Origin: Candidatus Micrarchaeota archaeon
Lineage (GTDB): Archaea > Micrarchaeota > Micrarchaeia > Anstonellales > Bilamarchaeaceae
Direction of reading: 5' to 3'
Assembly (NCBI GenBank): GCA_043827025.1
Contig: JBDRPL010000005.1
Span: 1 to 64,000 of the forward strand
Length of the DNA: 64,000 nt
A program made the translations under genes and the position numbers. The notes beneath the pieces are model-generated. The model saw only the letters and a list, made by a program, of their open reading frames with translations. It was not told the DNA's origin and made no database searches. Below, one piece after another: positions 49,195 to 58,389 of this stretch; position 1 is the stretch's first letter, and each line of letters opens with the position of its first letter.

Positions 49195-49293
49195 TCAACC
49201 TTTAGAAAGATCATCTAAGTACTTAGTAAGAAATTTACTTACTGCCTCCTTTTTCTCTTCAAGGGAATACTCCTTTTTCTTTGCATTTTTCAT
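49195..49293 (-). CDS. Possible 32-aa leader ORF or gene remnant
   Basis: MKNAKKKEYSLEEKKEAVSKFLTKYLDDLSKG with AAGGTG RBS; stop 3 nt before the HAD start. Confidence 0.35.
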   Translation of the reverse strand: MKNAKKKEYSLEEKKEAVSKFLTKYLDDLSKG

Positions 49294-49382
49294 TAACACA
49301 CCTTGTCTATGTTTTTTATAGACATATCTGTTTAAAAGGTTAATGAAATTAAATATTACCATGACAGAAACGGTGCTTATCT

Positions 49383-49589
49383 CTACCTTTTACTCAGCCA
49401 TTTGGCCCAGCAGCGCATACAATATACTACCTTGGCCACTCGCCCGTGGCTCGAACCCTTAGCTAACCGTATCTTGGAAAACGAAACTATGTCCTTTTTG
49501 TTTTCAGGACATATTTCCGGCTCTTTATCCATCTTGTCCAGCGCAGTGGCCAGACGCCTCGGATAGTTATACAAATCTATATCCGCCAT
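49383..49589 (-). pseudogene. Truncated tyrosine recombinase/integrase (N-terminal fragment only)
   Basis: DLYNYPRRL..ALDKM..ICPENKKDIVSF....LAKGSSHGRVAKVVY resembles the N-terminal domain of archaeal integrases; no catalytic domain follows; adjacent to att-like repeat. Confidence 0.65.
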
Positions 49590-49786
49590 ACCAATCACTC
49601 CGGCAGATGATCTATTTTTTATTTCCTGCAAAATTTGATACCACAATGATAATTGGTTTGTGATCTCAGATCAGGTCTGTGAATTCTTCCCCTTGCATAG
49701 TCATTTTCTCTCAGTGCACTATTTTGTCGAAACACTGAGACTGAATCTCAACTTTCTTCCCCTGCACCACTTCTTTTTCATAGTCA

Positions 49787-50977
49787 TTAGAACATGCTTT
49801 TGATCTTCTTTAGCGCTTCAGCCAATTTGTCCACATCTTCTTCTGTGTTGTAGATATAGAAACTTGCCCTTGAGGTTGCTGCCAGGTTTAGTCTTGTATG
49901 CAAAGGCATTGCACAGTGATGGCCACTTCTTGTTGCGACGTTGTATTCGCTTAGCATCGCAGAAACATCGTGCGCGTGGATTCTGTCAATTGTGAATGGG
50001 ATTATCCCGCCTCGCTGGTTCGTATCTTTTGGACCGTAGATCTTCACCAAGTTATCCAGTTTCTCAAACGCATATTTTGTAAGTTTTATCTCGTGTTCTC
50101 TGATTCGCTTCATTCCAATCTTTTTTAGATAATCAATTGCAGTTCCAAGCCCGATCATTTCCGCGATTATTGGGGTTCCAGCCTCAAACTTCAGCGGAAC
50201 CTCATTCCAAGTAGTTTCTTCAACCTTTACTGATTTTATCATGTCTCCGCCATAGAGGAAAGGGTCCATTTCTTCAAGCAGTTTCTTTTTTGCATACAGT
50301 GCGCCTGAACCGAAAGGGGCAAGCATCTTATGGCCTGAAAACACGAAGAAGTCGCAATCTATTCCCTTGACGTCGATTGGAATATGCGGGATGCTTTGGA
50401 CCCCATCAATCAATGTGACAGCGCCTTCTTTCCTTGCTATTTGGCACAACCTTTTAACATCATTTATTGTTCCAAGTACATTTGAGCAATGGGTCACTGC
50501 AAAGAATTTGGCCCCTTTTAGCTTGTCCAATTCGCTATCCTTCAGCGTTCCATTATCATTGATGTCAATAACTTCGAATTTTGCTTTCTTCTTTTTTGCA
50601 AGCTGCTGCCAGGGGATGAAATTGGCATGGTGTTCCATGATTGTTGTAACTATCTTGTCCCCTTCCTTGACGTTCTTTTCGCCCCATGCGCGCATAACAA
50701 GGTTGGTTGATTCAGTCGCTCCTTTTGTATAGATTATCTCTTTTTCTTCCCTTGCGCCAATAAAGTCCTTTATTTTTTTCCTTACTGCGTCATATTCAAC
50801 TGTCGCATTCTCACTTAGCTTATATGTTCCTCTATGAACATTTGCATTTTCTTCGCTATAAAACTTATTTAGTCGGTCAATAACGCATTTAGGCTTCTGG
50901 CTGGTTGCAGTTGAATCAAGATAAACAAGCTTTGGATTGCTCTGGAATATTGGAAAATCCTTCTTTAATTCGTCCAT
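49787..50977 (-). CDS. sufS: Cysteine desulfurase (SufS-type)
   Basis: YLDSTATSQKP, NVHRG, MEHHAN, FSGHKM, EAGTP, RSGHHCA. Confidence 0.95.
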   Translation of the reverse strand: MDELKKDFPIFQSNPKLVYLDSTATSQKPKCVIDRLNKFYSEENANVHRGTYKLSENATVEYDAVRKKIKDFIGAREEKEIIYTKGATESTNLVMRAWGEKNVKEGDKIVTTIMEHHANFIPWQQLAKKKKAKFEVIDINDNGTLKDSELDKLKGAKFFAVTHCSNVLGTINDVKRLCQIARKEGAVTLIDGVQSIPHIPIDVKGIDCDFFVFSGHKMLAPFGSGALYAKKKLLEEMDPFLYGGDMIKSVKVEETTWNEVPLKFEAGTPIIAEMIGLGTAIDYLKKIGMKRIREHEIKLTKYAFEKLDNLVKIYGPKDTNQRGGIIPFTIDRIHAHDVSAMLSEYNVATRSGHHCAMPLHTRLNLAATSRASFYIYNTEEDVDKLAEALKKIKSMF

Positions 50978-51042
50978 GGATGGATATTCGGGATAATAGA
51001 ATTAAAATGCTTCGATTACTGGTTGGAAAGCAGATAAACTAA

Positions 51043-51747
51043 TCAAATCTTCCTCAAGACTGTCAATAACACAGGCATGAGCTTGGCCTCAGCCTTTCTT
51101 AGATGCTCTGCAAGCGTTGAAGGGCTCAGATCGAGTTTTTCAGCCAGTTCTTCGATACTGACTTTTTTAGGAATCTCATAATATCCCCAGTCGCAGGCCT
51201 TTGAGAATACTTCTAACTGTTTATCAGTCAGGACCTCCTTTGCAGATGTCAGGTCGAAGAAGCCGCTGGTCTTGAACATTCCAAGGCTCTTGACTTCATT
51301 TTCAGCAAGGTATCTCTTCTTTCTCAGCCTGACGTCCCATCCTTGCTCCTTCCAGGCACTTATGAGGTTGCTAAGGTCCTTGTAATTCTTTGCCATGAGG
51401 ATTTCCTTATCAACCCCATGCCGGGTTACGGGGCTTTCAAGAAGCGTCACATTTGACTCATTAAGGATGCTAAGGGTGAGGGATGAGAACTTGAAGGTTA
51501 CTTTAAGGACTGCGCTATCAGGTTTGAGTAAGATTATCTCCACTCTCTTGACAAGTTCGTGCTTCCTTATGAATTCTATGTCTTTTCTTGGATTTGGGGA
51601 AGTTAATTCAACCAGATAATCAACATTATCCTTTCTCATCCCAACGATCTGCAATGCTTTCAATTGGGCATCGGGATTGTGTTCTGTCAAATCAACGAAC
51701 CAGCACGGATGGCTTATGTCAACTTCAAAGAATATAAGATCGCTCAT
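51043..51747 (-). CDS. Transcriptional regulator with C-terminal bacterio-opsin-activator-type HTH (HTH_10)
   Basis: LTDKQ......GYYEIPKK....ELAEKL.LS.ST..EHLRKAEAK. Confidence 0.85.
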   Translation of the reverse strand: MSDLIFFEVDISHPCWFVDLTEHNPDAQLKALQIVGMRKDNVDYLVELTSPNPRKDIEFIRKHELVKRVEIILLKPDSAVLKVTFKFSSLTLSILNESNVTLLESPVTRHGVDKEILMAKNYKDLSNLISAWKEQGWDVRLRKKRYLAENEVKSLGMFKTSGFFDLTSAKEVLTDKQLEVFSKACDWGYYEIPKKVSIEELAEKLDLSPSTLAEHLRKAEAKLMPVLLTVLRKI

Positions 51748-51823
51748 TCTGCACCATCTAGATTTTCGTTGATGCTATTTTTATTACTTGCTTAGATGTA
51801 TGAAAAATAGAAAAAAGAAGAGA

Positions 51824-52282
51824 TTATTGAACCACTCCGTTCAATGTTCCTGCTTCCGAGTAGGTAAATCCACTTGAAACATCAGTGTAGCCTATATTCA
51901 GATCCACTTTGAAAGATGTTCCTTTTGTGAATGTGCCCAGGTCTCCAACAGTTAATGTGCCTGTGCTTTTTCCAACTCCTAGATTAGTCACTGCAGGGCT
52001 TGATTCTATTGAAACATTAGAGTAAGTTGCATTTATTGTGTCGATATTTATTGTTTTTCCGACTTGGTTCTGCAATTTTACTGTCAATGTGCCGTCTTCA
52101 ACCAGTTTGAAACCAACCACCTGTATTTCAGTGAAGGCTGCTGCCTTGTTACCAACAAAACTGCCTGTATCAAAAATTCCCAATGCAAACAAGGCTGCTG
52201 CCACCAGAATAATAAGCACTATTGCCCAGCCGTAGGTCATTAAGAAATCAATAGCTGCTTGCCCTTTCTTTTCATTCTTCAT
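51824..52282 (-). CDS. Archaeal type IV pilin (class III signal peptide), likely major pilin
   Basis: KKG/QAAIDFLMTYGWAIVLI. Confidence 0.85.
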   Translation of the reverse strand: MKNEKKGQAAIDFLMTYGWAIVLIILVAAALFALGIFDTGSFVGNKAAAFTEIQVVGFKLVEDGTLTVKLQNQVGKTINIDTINATYSNVSIESSPAVTNLGVGKSTGTLTVGDLGTFTKGTSFKVDLNIGYTDVSSGFTYSEAGTLNGVVQ

Positions 52283-52355
52283 CTCTTCACCTCAAATGAA
52301 TATTGAAAAACTTTCATATTTAATCTTTATAAAGCTTGTCTAGGAATCATTTTTG

Positions 52356-54263
52356 ATGAAACGTGGGCAGTCTAGTTTAGAGAGCCTTATTATGATTGGC
52401 TTTGGGTTGATCATATCGGTGGCATTTTTTTCCATGGCATTCATTTTCATTACTGATTCAATTGCAGCGCAGCAGGGAAAGGATGCGGCCAATCGGATAG
52501 GTAGCGAGATAGATTACGTTTATTCTTCTGGCGTAGGGACAGTGAGATATGTTGATGTTACCTTTCCTGCAGGCACCCAAAGTGTTCTTGTAGGTGATCA
52601 TAGAGTCGTTGTCACAGTTCAGCTCTCCAGCGGCACTTCCCAATATTTTGCCAGTACTGATGCCTCTCTCGTGGGAATGATAGATTCTGAACCTGGACTT
52701 GAAAGGGTAAGGATTGAATATCTTGATTCTGAAAAACTCCTAGTTGGCACAGCATCGCTGAGCATGACTCCTAAAAGATTGGATTTCGCACTACAGTCAA
52801 CTGGTTTGGCATCTTCACAAGTGAATGCCTCAAACGAAGGCGCATCTTTACTGAACGGAATCGTTTCAACGGTTGACACTTCTATATCTGATATGGTTTC
52901 CTTATCAGGAGTTCCAGCATCACTTGCTTCTGGTGCCTCCTCGCTTTTCAATGTCTTGGTCAGTGTTCCTGGTGGAAAAACACTTGGAATATATTCTGGC
53001 TTGGTAACATTGACATCAGCAAGTGGAGAAACAGACAGTACTCTAGTCGTGGTAAATATCCTTGGACAGACGCCTACATCATGTTCTATTTTACCAAGCA
53101 TTGCAAATGTTTCTCAGGGCTCATCGCAGGAATTTACCATCTCTTGTCTTGATGCTAACTCATCCAGCGTATCTTGCCCTGTTTTCACATGGACAACAAA
53201 TGCTGGCCAAGTGATTCCTCCAACTTCATCGACTTCAACTACGCTCATAGTTACTCAAACATCTGGCACATATGTTCTTGCATCTGCAGGTTTCATTTGT
53301 TCTGCAACCTTGGTTTTCAATGGCACCACTCTAGATACGCAAGGTCCAATTGCAACAATTCTTTCTCTAAGCCCAGCATCTCCACAAACAGGAAATTCCA
53401 TAACTGTTAATGCAACTGGTGATGATACAACAACTGGCAACAACAATATCCAATCCTGCGAAGCAAAGATGGATGTTGCAGGTGCATGGAATCTGATGAC
53501 TGCAGTTGATGGTTCTTACAGTTCGCCGATCGAAAATGTCACCTACACATTCAATCCGCAATCTAAGGGTTCGCATACTATTTATGTAAGATGCACTGAC
53601 AGCATAGGCAACCTAGGAAATGAAACTTCAATCGCATTCAATGTTACAAAGCCAATAAAGCCAATTTTGTTTATTCAGGATGCGGCAGGTGCAACTGCAA
53701 CTGAAACTTATTGGAAGAGTTGGATAAGTGGCCACACTTCAGCACAAGGATATAATTGGTCCTACGATGTCAGTAATGTGGCGGATGTGACTGGTGGAGT
53801 GACTGATCCAACTGGCTACAAGATTGTTGTGATGGCGGAATATCCGAATGGAAACGCCCTACTTAATAGCAATTTAACAAATTACAAAACAGGTGGAGGA
53901 TATGTGGTGTTATTAGCAAATGCACTTCAAAGAGGCCCACAGAATCTTGGGCTTACAGGATCAACAGGGAATCAACAAAGCAGAAATGAGATGGAGATCA
54001 TTACGGCCCATAATATAACCACTGGTTACACCGTAGGCATCCAGTACACGATTCAAAACTCAAATCAAAATATTTATTACAACAACAATCTGGTGACAAA
54101 TATAGGCGCTATGGAAACAGGAAGTACCAGAACCATGCTTGGGGAAAATTCTAGGATTCTTACCTATGGACCAACAAGGCCAGATATATTCAATGCCGAT
54201 GGGAACACCTTTGCAACAAGAGTGCTTGACTGGGCGCTTGCTCAATCAACAATAGCAGGTTGA
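52356..54263 (+). CDS. Large pilin-like adhesin with class III signal peptide and Ig-like domains
   Basis: KRG/QSSLESL, then S/T-rich beta domains. Confidence 0.75.
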   Translation: MKRGQSSLESLIMIGFGLIISVAFFSMAFIFITDSIAAQQGKDAANRIGSEIDYVYSSGVGTVRYVDVTFPAGTQSVLVGDHRVVVTVQLSSGTSQYFASTDASLVGMIDSEPGLERVRIEYLDSEKLLVGTASLSMTPKRLDFALQSTGLASSQVNASNEGASLLNGIVSTVDTSISDMVSLSGVPASLASGASSLFNVLVSVPGGKTLGIYSGLVTLTSASGETDSTLVVVNILGQTPTSCSILPSIANVSQGSSQEFTISCLDANSSSVSCPVFTWTTNAGQVIPPTSSTSTTLIVTQTSGTYVLASAGFICSATLVFNGTTLDTQGPIATILSLSPASPQTGNSITVNATGDDTTTGNNNIQSCEAKMDVAGAWNLMTAVDGSYSSPIENVTYTFNPQSKGSHTIYVRCTDSIGNLGNETSIAFNVTKPIKPILFIQDAAGATATETYWKSWISGHTSAQGYNWSYDVSNVADVTGGVTDPTGYKIVVMAEYPNGNALLNSNLTNYKTGGGYVVLLANALQRGPQNLGLTGSTGNQQSRNEMEIITAHNITTGYTVGIQYTIQNSNQNIYYNNNLVTNIGAMETGSTRTMLGENSRILTYGPTRPDIFNADGNTFATRVLDWALAQSTIAG

Positions 54264-54267
54264 TTTC

Positions 54268-54672
54268 ATGAAAGGGCAGGCAAGTATGGAATTCCTTATC
54301 TTCGTATGCATTGGCATGTTCTTTCTTCTAATTTCAGTTGTTTTCTATGCGGACAGAATCTTCGAGGTTTCTGAATTCCAGATTGTTTCTGAGATGAGAG
54401 GGATTTGCAACACCCTTTCAAGTTCAGCAAGCATGGTCTACACTGGGAAGGATGGAACAAACATCTCACTTTCCTTTCCAGAAGAGATATACGGAAAACC
54501 CTATTTTATCAGAGTCAACAGCATTGACAAGACAGTTGCAATTGCAAGGGACAATTCCACCATGGTCGCCTGTTCATTTTTCGTTAATGCCTCCAATGGC
54601 CTAAACAACACGTTCGAAGCATCAAAATCACCTGTTCTGCAGAACAGGAAAGGGGTGGTTGTGTTTGGCTAA
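54268..54672 (+). CDS. Minor pilin (class III signal peptide)
   Basis: MKG/QASMEFLI. Confidence 0.8.
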   Translation: MKGQASMEFLIFVCIGMFFLLISVVFYADRIFEVSEFQIVSEMRGICNTLSSSASMVYTGKDGTNISLSFPEEIYGKPYFIRVNSIDKTVAIARDNSTMVACSFFVNASNGLNNTFEASKSPVLQNRKGVVVFG

Positions 54673-55123
54673 TTCACTTGATTTCATGTTTTCCACATTC
54701 ATCTTTCTGATAGTGTTCATGTATTTGATACTTCTTTATTCGAATTACGTTGACAAGTATAATATCGAAGAAGTAAAGAGGGCTTTGGAAAGCGAGGCTC
54801 TGTCAGCATCAGAAATACTTGTTAAGACCCAAGGTGTTCCATACAATTGGGAAAAAAATACGAGCCAGATATATTCGATTGGTTTGGCAAACAGCGAAAA
54901 CGTGCTTGATGGTGATAAAGTATCATTCATCTCCAGCCTAAATTATGATTTGTTGAAAAATTATACTGGTTTTAGCAGGGATTATTACCTAAGATTGAAA
55001 ACAATTTCAGGAACAACTGTTTTTGAGAAAGGCAATTCAACTGGTGAACTCTCGGTTTCCATAATACGCACTGTGATATATAACAATTCGATTGCGCGTC
55101 TGACGGTGAGGCTCTATGGTTAA
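54659..55123 (+). CDS. Pilin-like protein
   Basis: N-terminal SLDFM hydrophobic helix, G.P.NW, IGLA motif; overlapping genes in operon. Confidence 0.65.
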   Translation: MCLANSLDFMFSTFIFLIVFMYLILLYSNYVDKYNIEEVKRALESEALSASEILVKTQGVPYNWEKNTSQIYSIGLANSENVLDGDKVSFISSLNYDLLKNYTGFSRDYYLRLKTISGTTVFEKGNSTGELSVSIIRTVIYNNSIARLTVRLYG

Positions 55124-55508
55124 TTTCACTGTTGATGCGCTTTTCGCAGTTCTCATTGCCATAATCTTCCTTTTTGCAATAGGAGGGTTCATATCGGAAA
55201 CAGACAAATTTCAGGATTCCTATGTCATCAACGATATCCTCATAGTCCTTGACAAGCAAAACACACTATCGACATTTGATTCTGCGACAATCAACAACTC
55301 TCTTGACATTCTTTTAGATGCAAATTATAGGTTAGAGATCACAACTTATAATGCGACGTCATTTGCTTTGCTAAGAAACATGGCGATTGGGCAGAATCTT
55401 CCGCAGATCAATGACTATGAGATAATGACTGCTGACAGGTATTTTGTGCAGTCTGCAGGAAATCGGATACAGAACCTGTCAAAGGCGAGGTTGTACGCAT
55501 GGCGCTGA
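55116..55508 (+). CDS. Pilin-like protein
   Basis: FTVDALFA N-terminal hydrophobic helix; in pilus operon. Confidence 0.6.
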   Translation: MVNFTVDALFAVLIAIIFLFAIGGFISETDKFQDSYVINDILIVLDKQNTLSTFDSATINNSLDILLDANYRLEITTYNATSFALLRNMAIGQNLPQINDYEIMTADRYFVQSAGNRIQNLSKARLYAWR

Positions 55509-56293
55509 CTTCAAACAATGGAACAACGAATGCCAAGAAAGGCATATTTCTTGTAGTATCAGTGTTTGTGATGATGCTTGCCTTGTTTGCCATGTCATCT
55601 CTTTTGTACAACATACAAACTCAGAAGAAGAATGCGATGTCAGGCACGCTTTTGCTTTCGACAATGAATGAAAAGGCTTCAAACCTTGGTTACATAGCAG
55701 GAAAAATCTATTCTTCATCAGGAAGGTCAGTAAGCAGGTTTGGGGATTATGTTCAGATAATACAGGATGATAATCTTTCTTCCAACTTGGACTATAACCT
55801 TAACCTAATAGTTTCATTGACTAATTTTACAAATTCGTCCCTTTCAATATCTGACAAGCGAAGGGTTTATTTCGGTGAACAGCAGGCTCAATTCATTTAC
55901 TTTTCTGTTCCCAATACCACGATAAACGTAAATACCACTTATCTTCATATAGGTGTGCATATGTCCTGCACCAACCTTTCATCTTCCTGGTCTTCAAGAA
56001 GTTCAGGGAATAGAAATGTCTCAGTATATGTTGACTGCACGAATTCCGGATCCTACGTCAGTGTTTTGGATAGCATACAATCAGGCATTTTGAATGTCAC
56101 TGATAGTGGAGAAACTGTAATTTCAATAGACGTGAATGACAGGGTGCAAATCATGAAATACAGAGGCGCATATTTAAATATGATAACGAAGATGAATGAA
56201 ACATCTCCTGCAGGCTTAAACGGTTCGATATCCGTTTCAAGAGGCAGTGCAAACAAGAATTCGATATTATGGATGGATGGCTATGTTGGTTAG
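55499..56293 (+). CDS. Pilin-like protein
   Basis: KKG/IF followed by hydrophobic helix. Confidence 0.6.
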   Translation: MALTSNNGTTNAKKGIFLVVSVFVMMLALFAMSSLLYNIQTQKKNAMSGTLLLSTMNEKASNLGYIAGKIYSSSGRSVSRFGDYVQIIQDDNLSSNLDYNLNLIVSLTNFTNSSLSISDKRRVYFGEQQAQFIYFSVPNTTINVNTTYLHIGVHMSCTNLSSSWSSRSSGNRNVSVYVDCTNSGSYVSVLDSIQSGILNVTDSGETVISIDVNDRVQIMKYRGAYLNMITKMNETSPAGLNGSISVSRGSANKNSILWMDGYVG

Positions 56294-56927
56294 TGAATTG
56301 ATGAGGAAGGAGTTTATTTCCATAGATGCAAATCAGAGCCTGCTTTACATCATAAAATTGTTTGCGAAACATGGTGTACATGAGGCTCCTGTCATAAACA
56401 ATAAGCTTTTCCTTGGCCTTGTTTCGGATAGGGAGATATCTCGTGCAATTGTCAGCAGGCCGTGGTTCAAGAAACCCTTCATGAAATCACGCGATGATTT
56501 TGAGGGGCTAAAGGCAATCGATGTTGTCAATAAATCTCCCCTTAAACTCAAGCCTGATGACTCTGTGATTAATGCCATACTTGACATGGGTTCAAAACAC
56601 ATTAACATAATCCCTGTTCTTGATAAAGGAGTGCTTGTAGGCATAATTACTGGAAAGGATATAATCCAGTATCTTTCCCTAGATATTGCTAAACAAACAA
56701 TTTCCAAAACAGATGACTCTACTGTCAAGTCGCTCATAGATTCCTTTCTTTTGATAATAAGGAACTCAAAGAAGATAAATGCGCAGAAGGTTGCGAAGAT
56801 GCTTAAGATACGGGTGGAAAAGGCTGAAGAGATTGCAAAAGCGCTTGAATCGCACCATCTTATAGCGATTGAATATTCTCTTTCAGGAAACATGATTTTG
56901 AGGGATAAAAATGCTGGACAAATATAA
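56283..56927 (+). CDS. CBS-pair protein with C-terminal winged-helix-like domain
   Basis: V.ELM, APV....LGLVSDRE, IPVLD...VGIITGKD; C-terminal KVAKML......EEIAKALE.H.LI. Confidence 0.75.
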   Translation: MLVSELMRKEFISIDANQSLLYIIKLFAKHGVHEAPVINNKLFLGLVSDREISRAIVSRPWFKKPFMKSRDDFEGLKAIDVVNKSPLKLKPDDSVINAILDMGSKHINIIPVLDKGVLVGIITGKDIIQYLSLDIAKQTISKTDDSTVKSLIDSFLLIIRNSKKINAQKVAKMLKIRVEKAEEIAKALESHHLIAIEYSLSGNMILRDKNAGQI

Positions 56928-58380
56928 CATTCGTGAAAACCATACTACTTTGCAGGTGACCATAGACAAGGACGAAACATCATACACTGACGTTTATAAG
57001 TTGTCAATCCCAAAAATATCCGAAGCAACTCTTGCTTATGTAGACAGCATAAAAACAGACCTTTTGAAAGACATCACCATCTCAAAGACGGAGATACTTG
57101 ATGAATCCAAAATGGATGTGCTTAAACAATATTTACATTCAGAAGCAACAAAAAGGCAGAAATCTTTCATGCCTGATGCTGATGAGGACACATTATGCTA
57201 CGTTTCTTGTACAATCGTTAGGGATATGCTTGGGCTTGGGGAGATCGAGTTTCTTCTTGCAGATGAAAATCTTGAGGAAATATGCGTGAATGGGGCGCAA
57301 TTCGCAATCTGGGTATATCATAAAAAGCATGGCTGGCTGAAAACGAATCTCAAACCAAAAAGCGAGATGGAAATACGGAATTATTCAGCATCCATAGGCC
57401 GAAGGGTGGGCAGGCAAATAACGGTCCAGGACCCTCTTTTAGACGCCCATTTGATCACAGGCGACCGTGTCAATGCGACCCTCTCGCCAATATCTGCATT
57501 TGGAAACACAATCACCATAAGAAAGTTTGCAAGAAAACCCTGGACTGTTGTGGACCTTATCAAGAATGGAACACTTGATTTTGAATCAACCGCATTTCTG
57601 TGGATGTGTCTTCAGTATGAATTGAATCTCATAGTTTCAGGGGGAACAGGCTCAGGAAAAACCTCGTTTCTCAATTCTCTTTCATCATTTTTCCCTCCAA
57701 ACCAAAGAACCATAAGCATAGAGCAGACAAGGGAGATAGTTCTTCCAAAATACCTGCAATGGGTGCCATTGGTTATAAGGGAAGCCACGGGCGAAGGGAA
57801 AGGCCAGGTCGGCATGCTTGACCTTATGATAAATTCATTAAGAATGAGGCCTGACCGCATCATAGTCGGCGAAGTCAGGTCGAGCGATGAGGCCCAGGTG
57901 CTATTCGAAGCAATGCATACTGGCCATTCTGTTTACGCAACAATGCATGCAGAAACTGCCTATGAATCTCTCAGAAGGCTGACAAATAAGCCAATTGATA
58001 TTCCTTCGGTTGTGCTTGGCTCATTGCATCTTATTGCAGTGATGTATCGCGACAGGCGCTCTGGAATACGCCGTCTTTTTGAGGTTGTAGAATTGCTTCC
58101 AACTGAAAGGAAAGAGGACATGTCCATACGTTTCCTCTATAAATGGAGGCCGTTTAAGGACACTATCTCCACAAGTGAAAACAGTGTAAGGTGTTTTGAT
58201 ACGATAAAGACATTCACAAGGATGGATGAGGATGCTATCAAAAGAGATCTTGCTGAAAAAGAGCAGATCCTAAGGTGGCTTGTAAAGAATGATGTTAATG
58301 ATGTTGATAAATTCGGTGCGCAGATAGGCGAGTATTATTTCGATAAGGAAGCGTTCCTCAAGAAATTGAAAATTAAATAG
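56911..58380 (+). CDS. Type IV pilus assembly ATPase (CpaF/VirB11/FlaI family)
   Basis: GGTGSGKT, SIEQTRE, LRMRPDRIIVGEVR, MHTGH, TMHA. Confidence 0.93.
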   Translation: MLDKYNIRENHTTLQVTIDKDETSYTDVYKLSIPKISEATLAYVDSIKTDLLKDITISKTEILDESKMDVLKQYLHSEATKRQKSFMPDADEDTLCYVSCTIVRDMLGLGEIEFLLADENLEEICVNGAQFAIWVYHKKHGWLKTNLKPKSEMEIRNYSASIGRRVGRQITVQDPLLDAHLITGDRVNATLSPISAFGNTITIRKFARKPWTVVDLIKNGTLDFESTAFLWMCLQYELNLIVSGGTGSGKTSFLNSLSSFFPPNQRTISIEQTREIVLPKYLQWVPLVIREATGEGKGQVGMLDLMINSLRMRPDRIIVGEVRSSDEAQVLFEAMHTGHSVYATMHAETAYESLRRLTNKPIDIPSVVLGSLHLIAVMYRDRRSGIRRLFEVVELLPTERKEDMSIRFLYKWRPFKDTISTSENSVRCFDTIKTFTRMDEDAIKRDLAEKEQILRWLVKNDVNDVDKFGAQIGEYYFDKEAFLKKLKIK

Positions 58381-58389
58381 TGTAGGGTT

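Larger units (their letters stand above)
45361..49769. mobile_element. Degenerate tRNA-Leu-integrated element (genomic island, ~4.4 kb)
   Basis: tRNA 3' end CTCTTTCCCTGCA recurs as TCTTCCCCTGCACCA at 49755-49769 (weaker copy at 49684-49699); truncated integrase next to the distal copy; shared palindromes at both ends; visibly AT-rich cargo. Confidence 0.75.
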
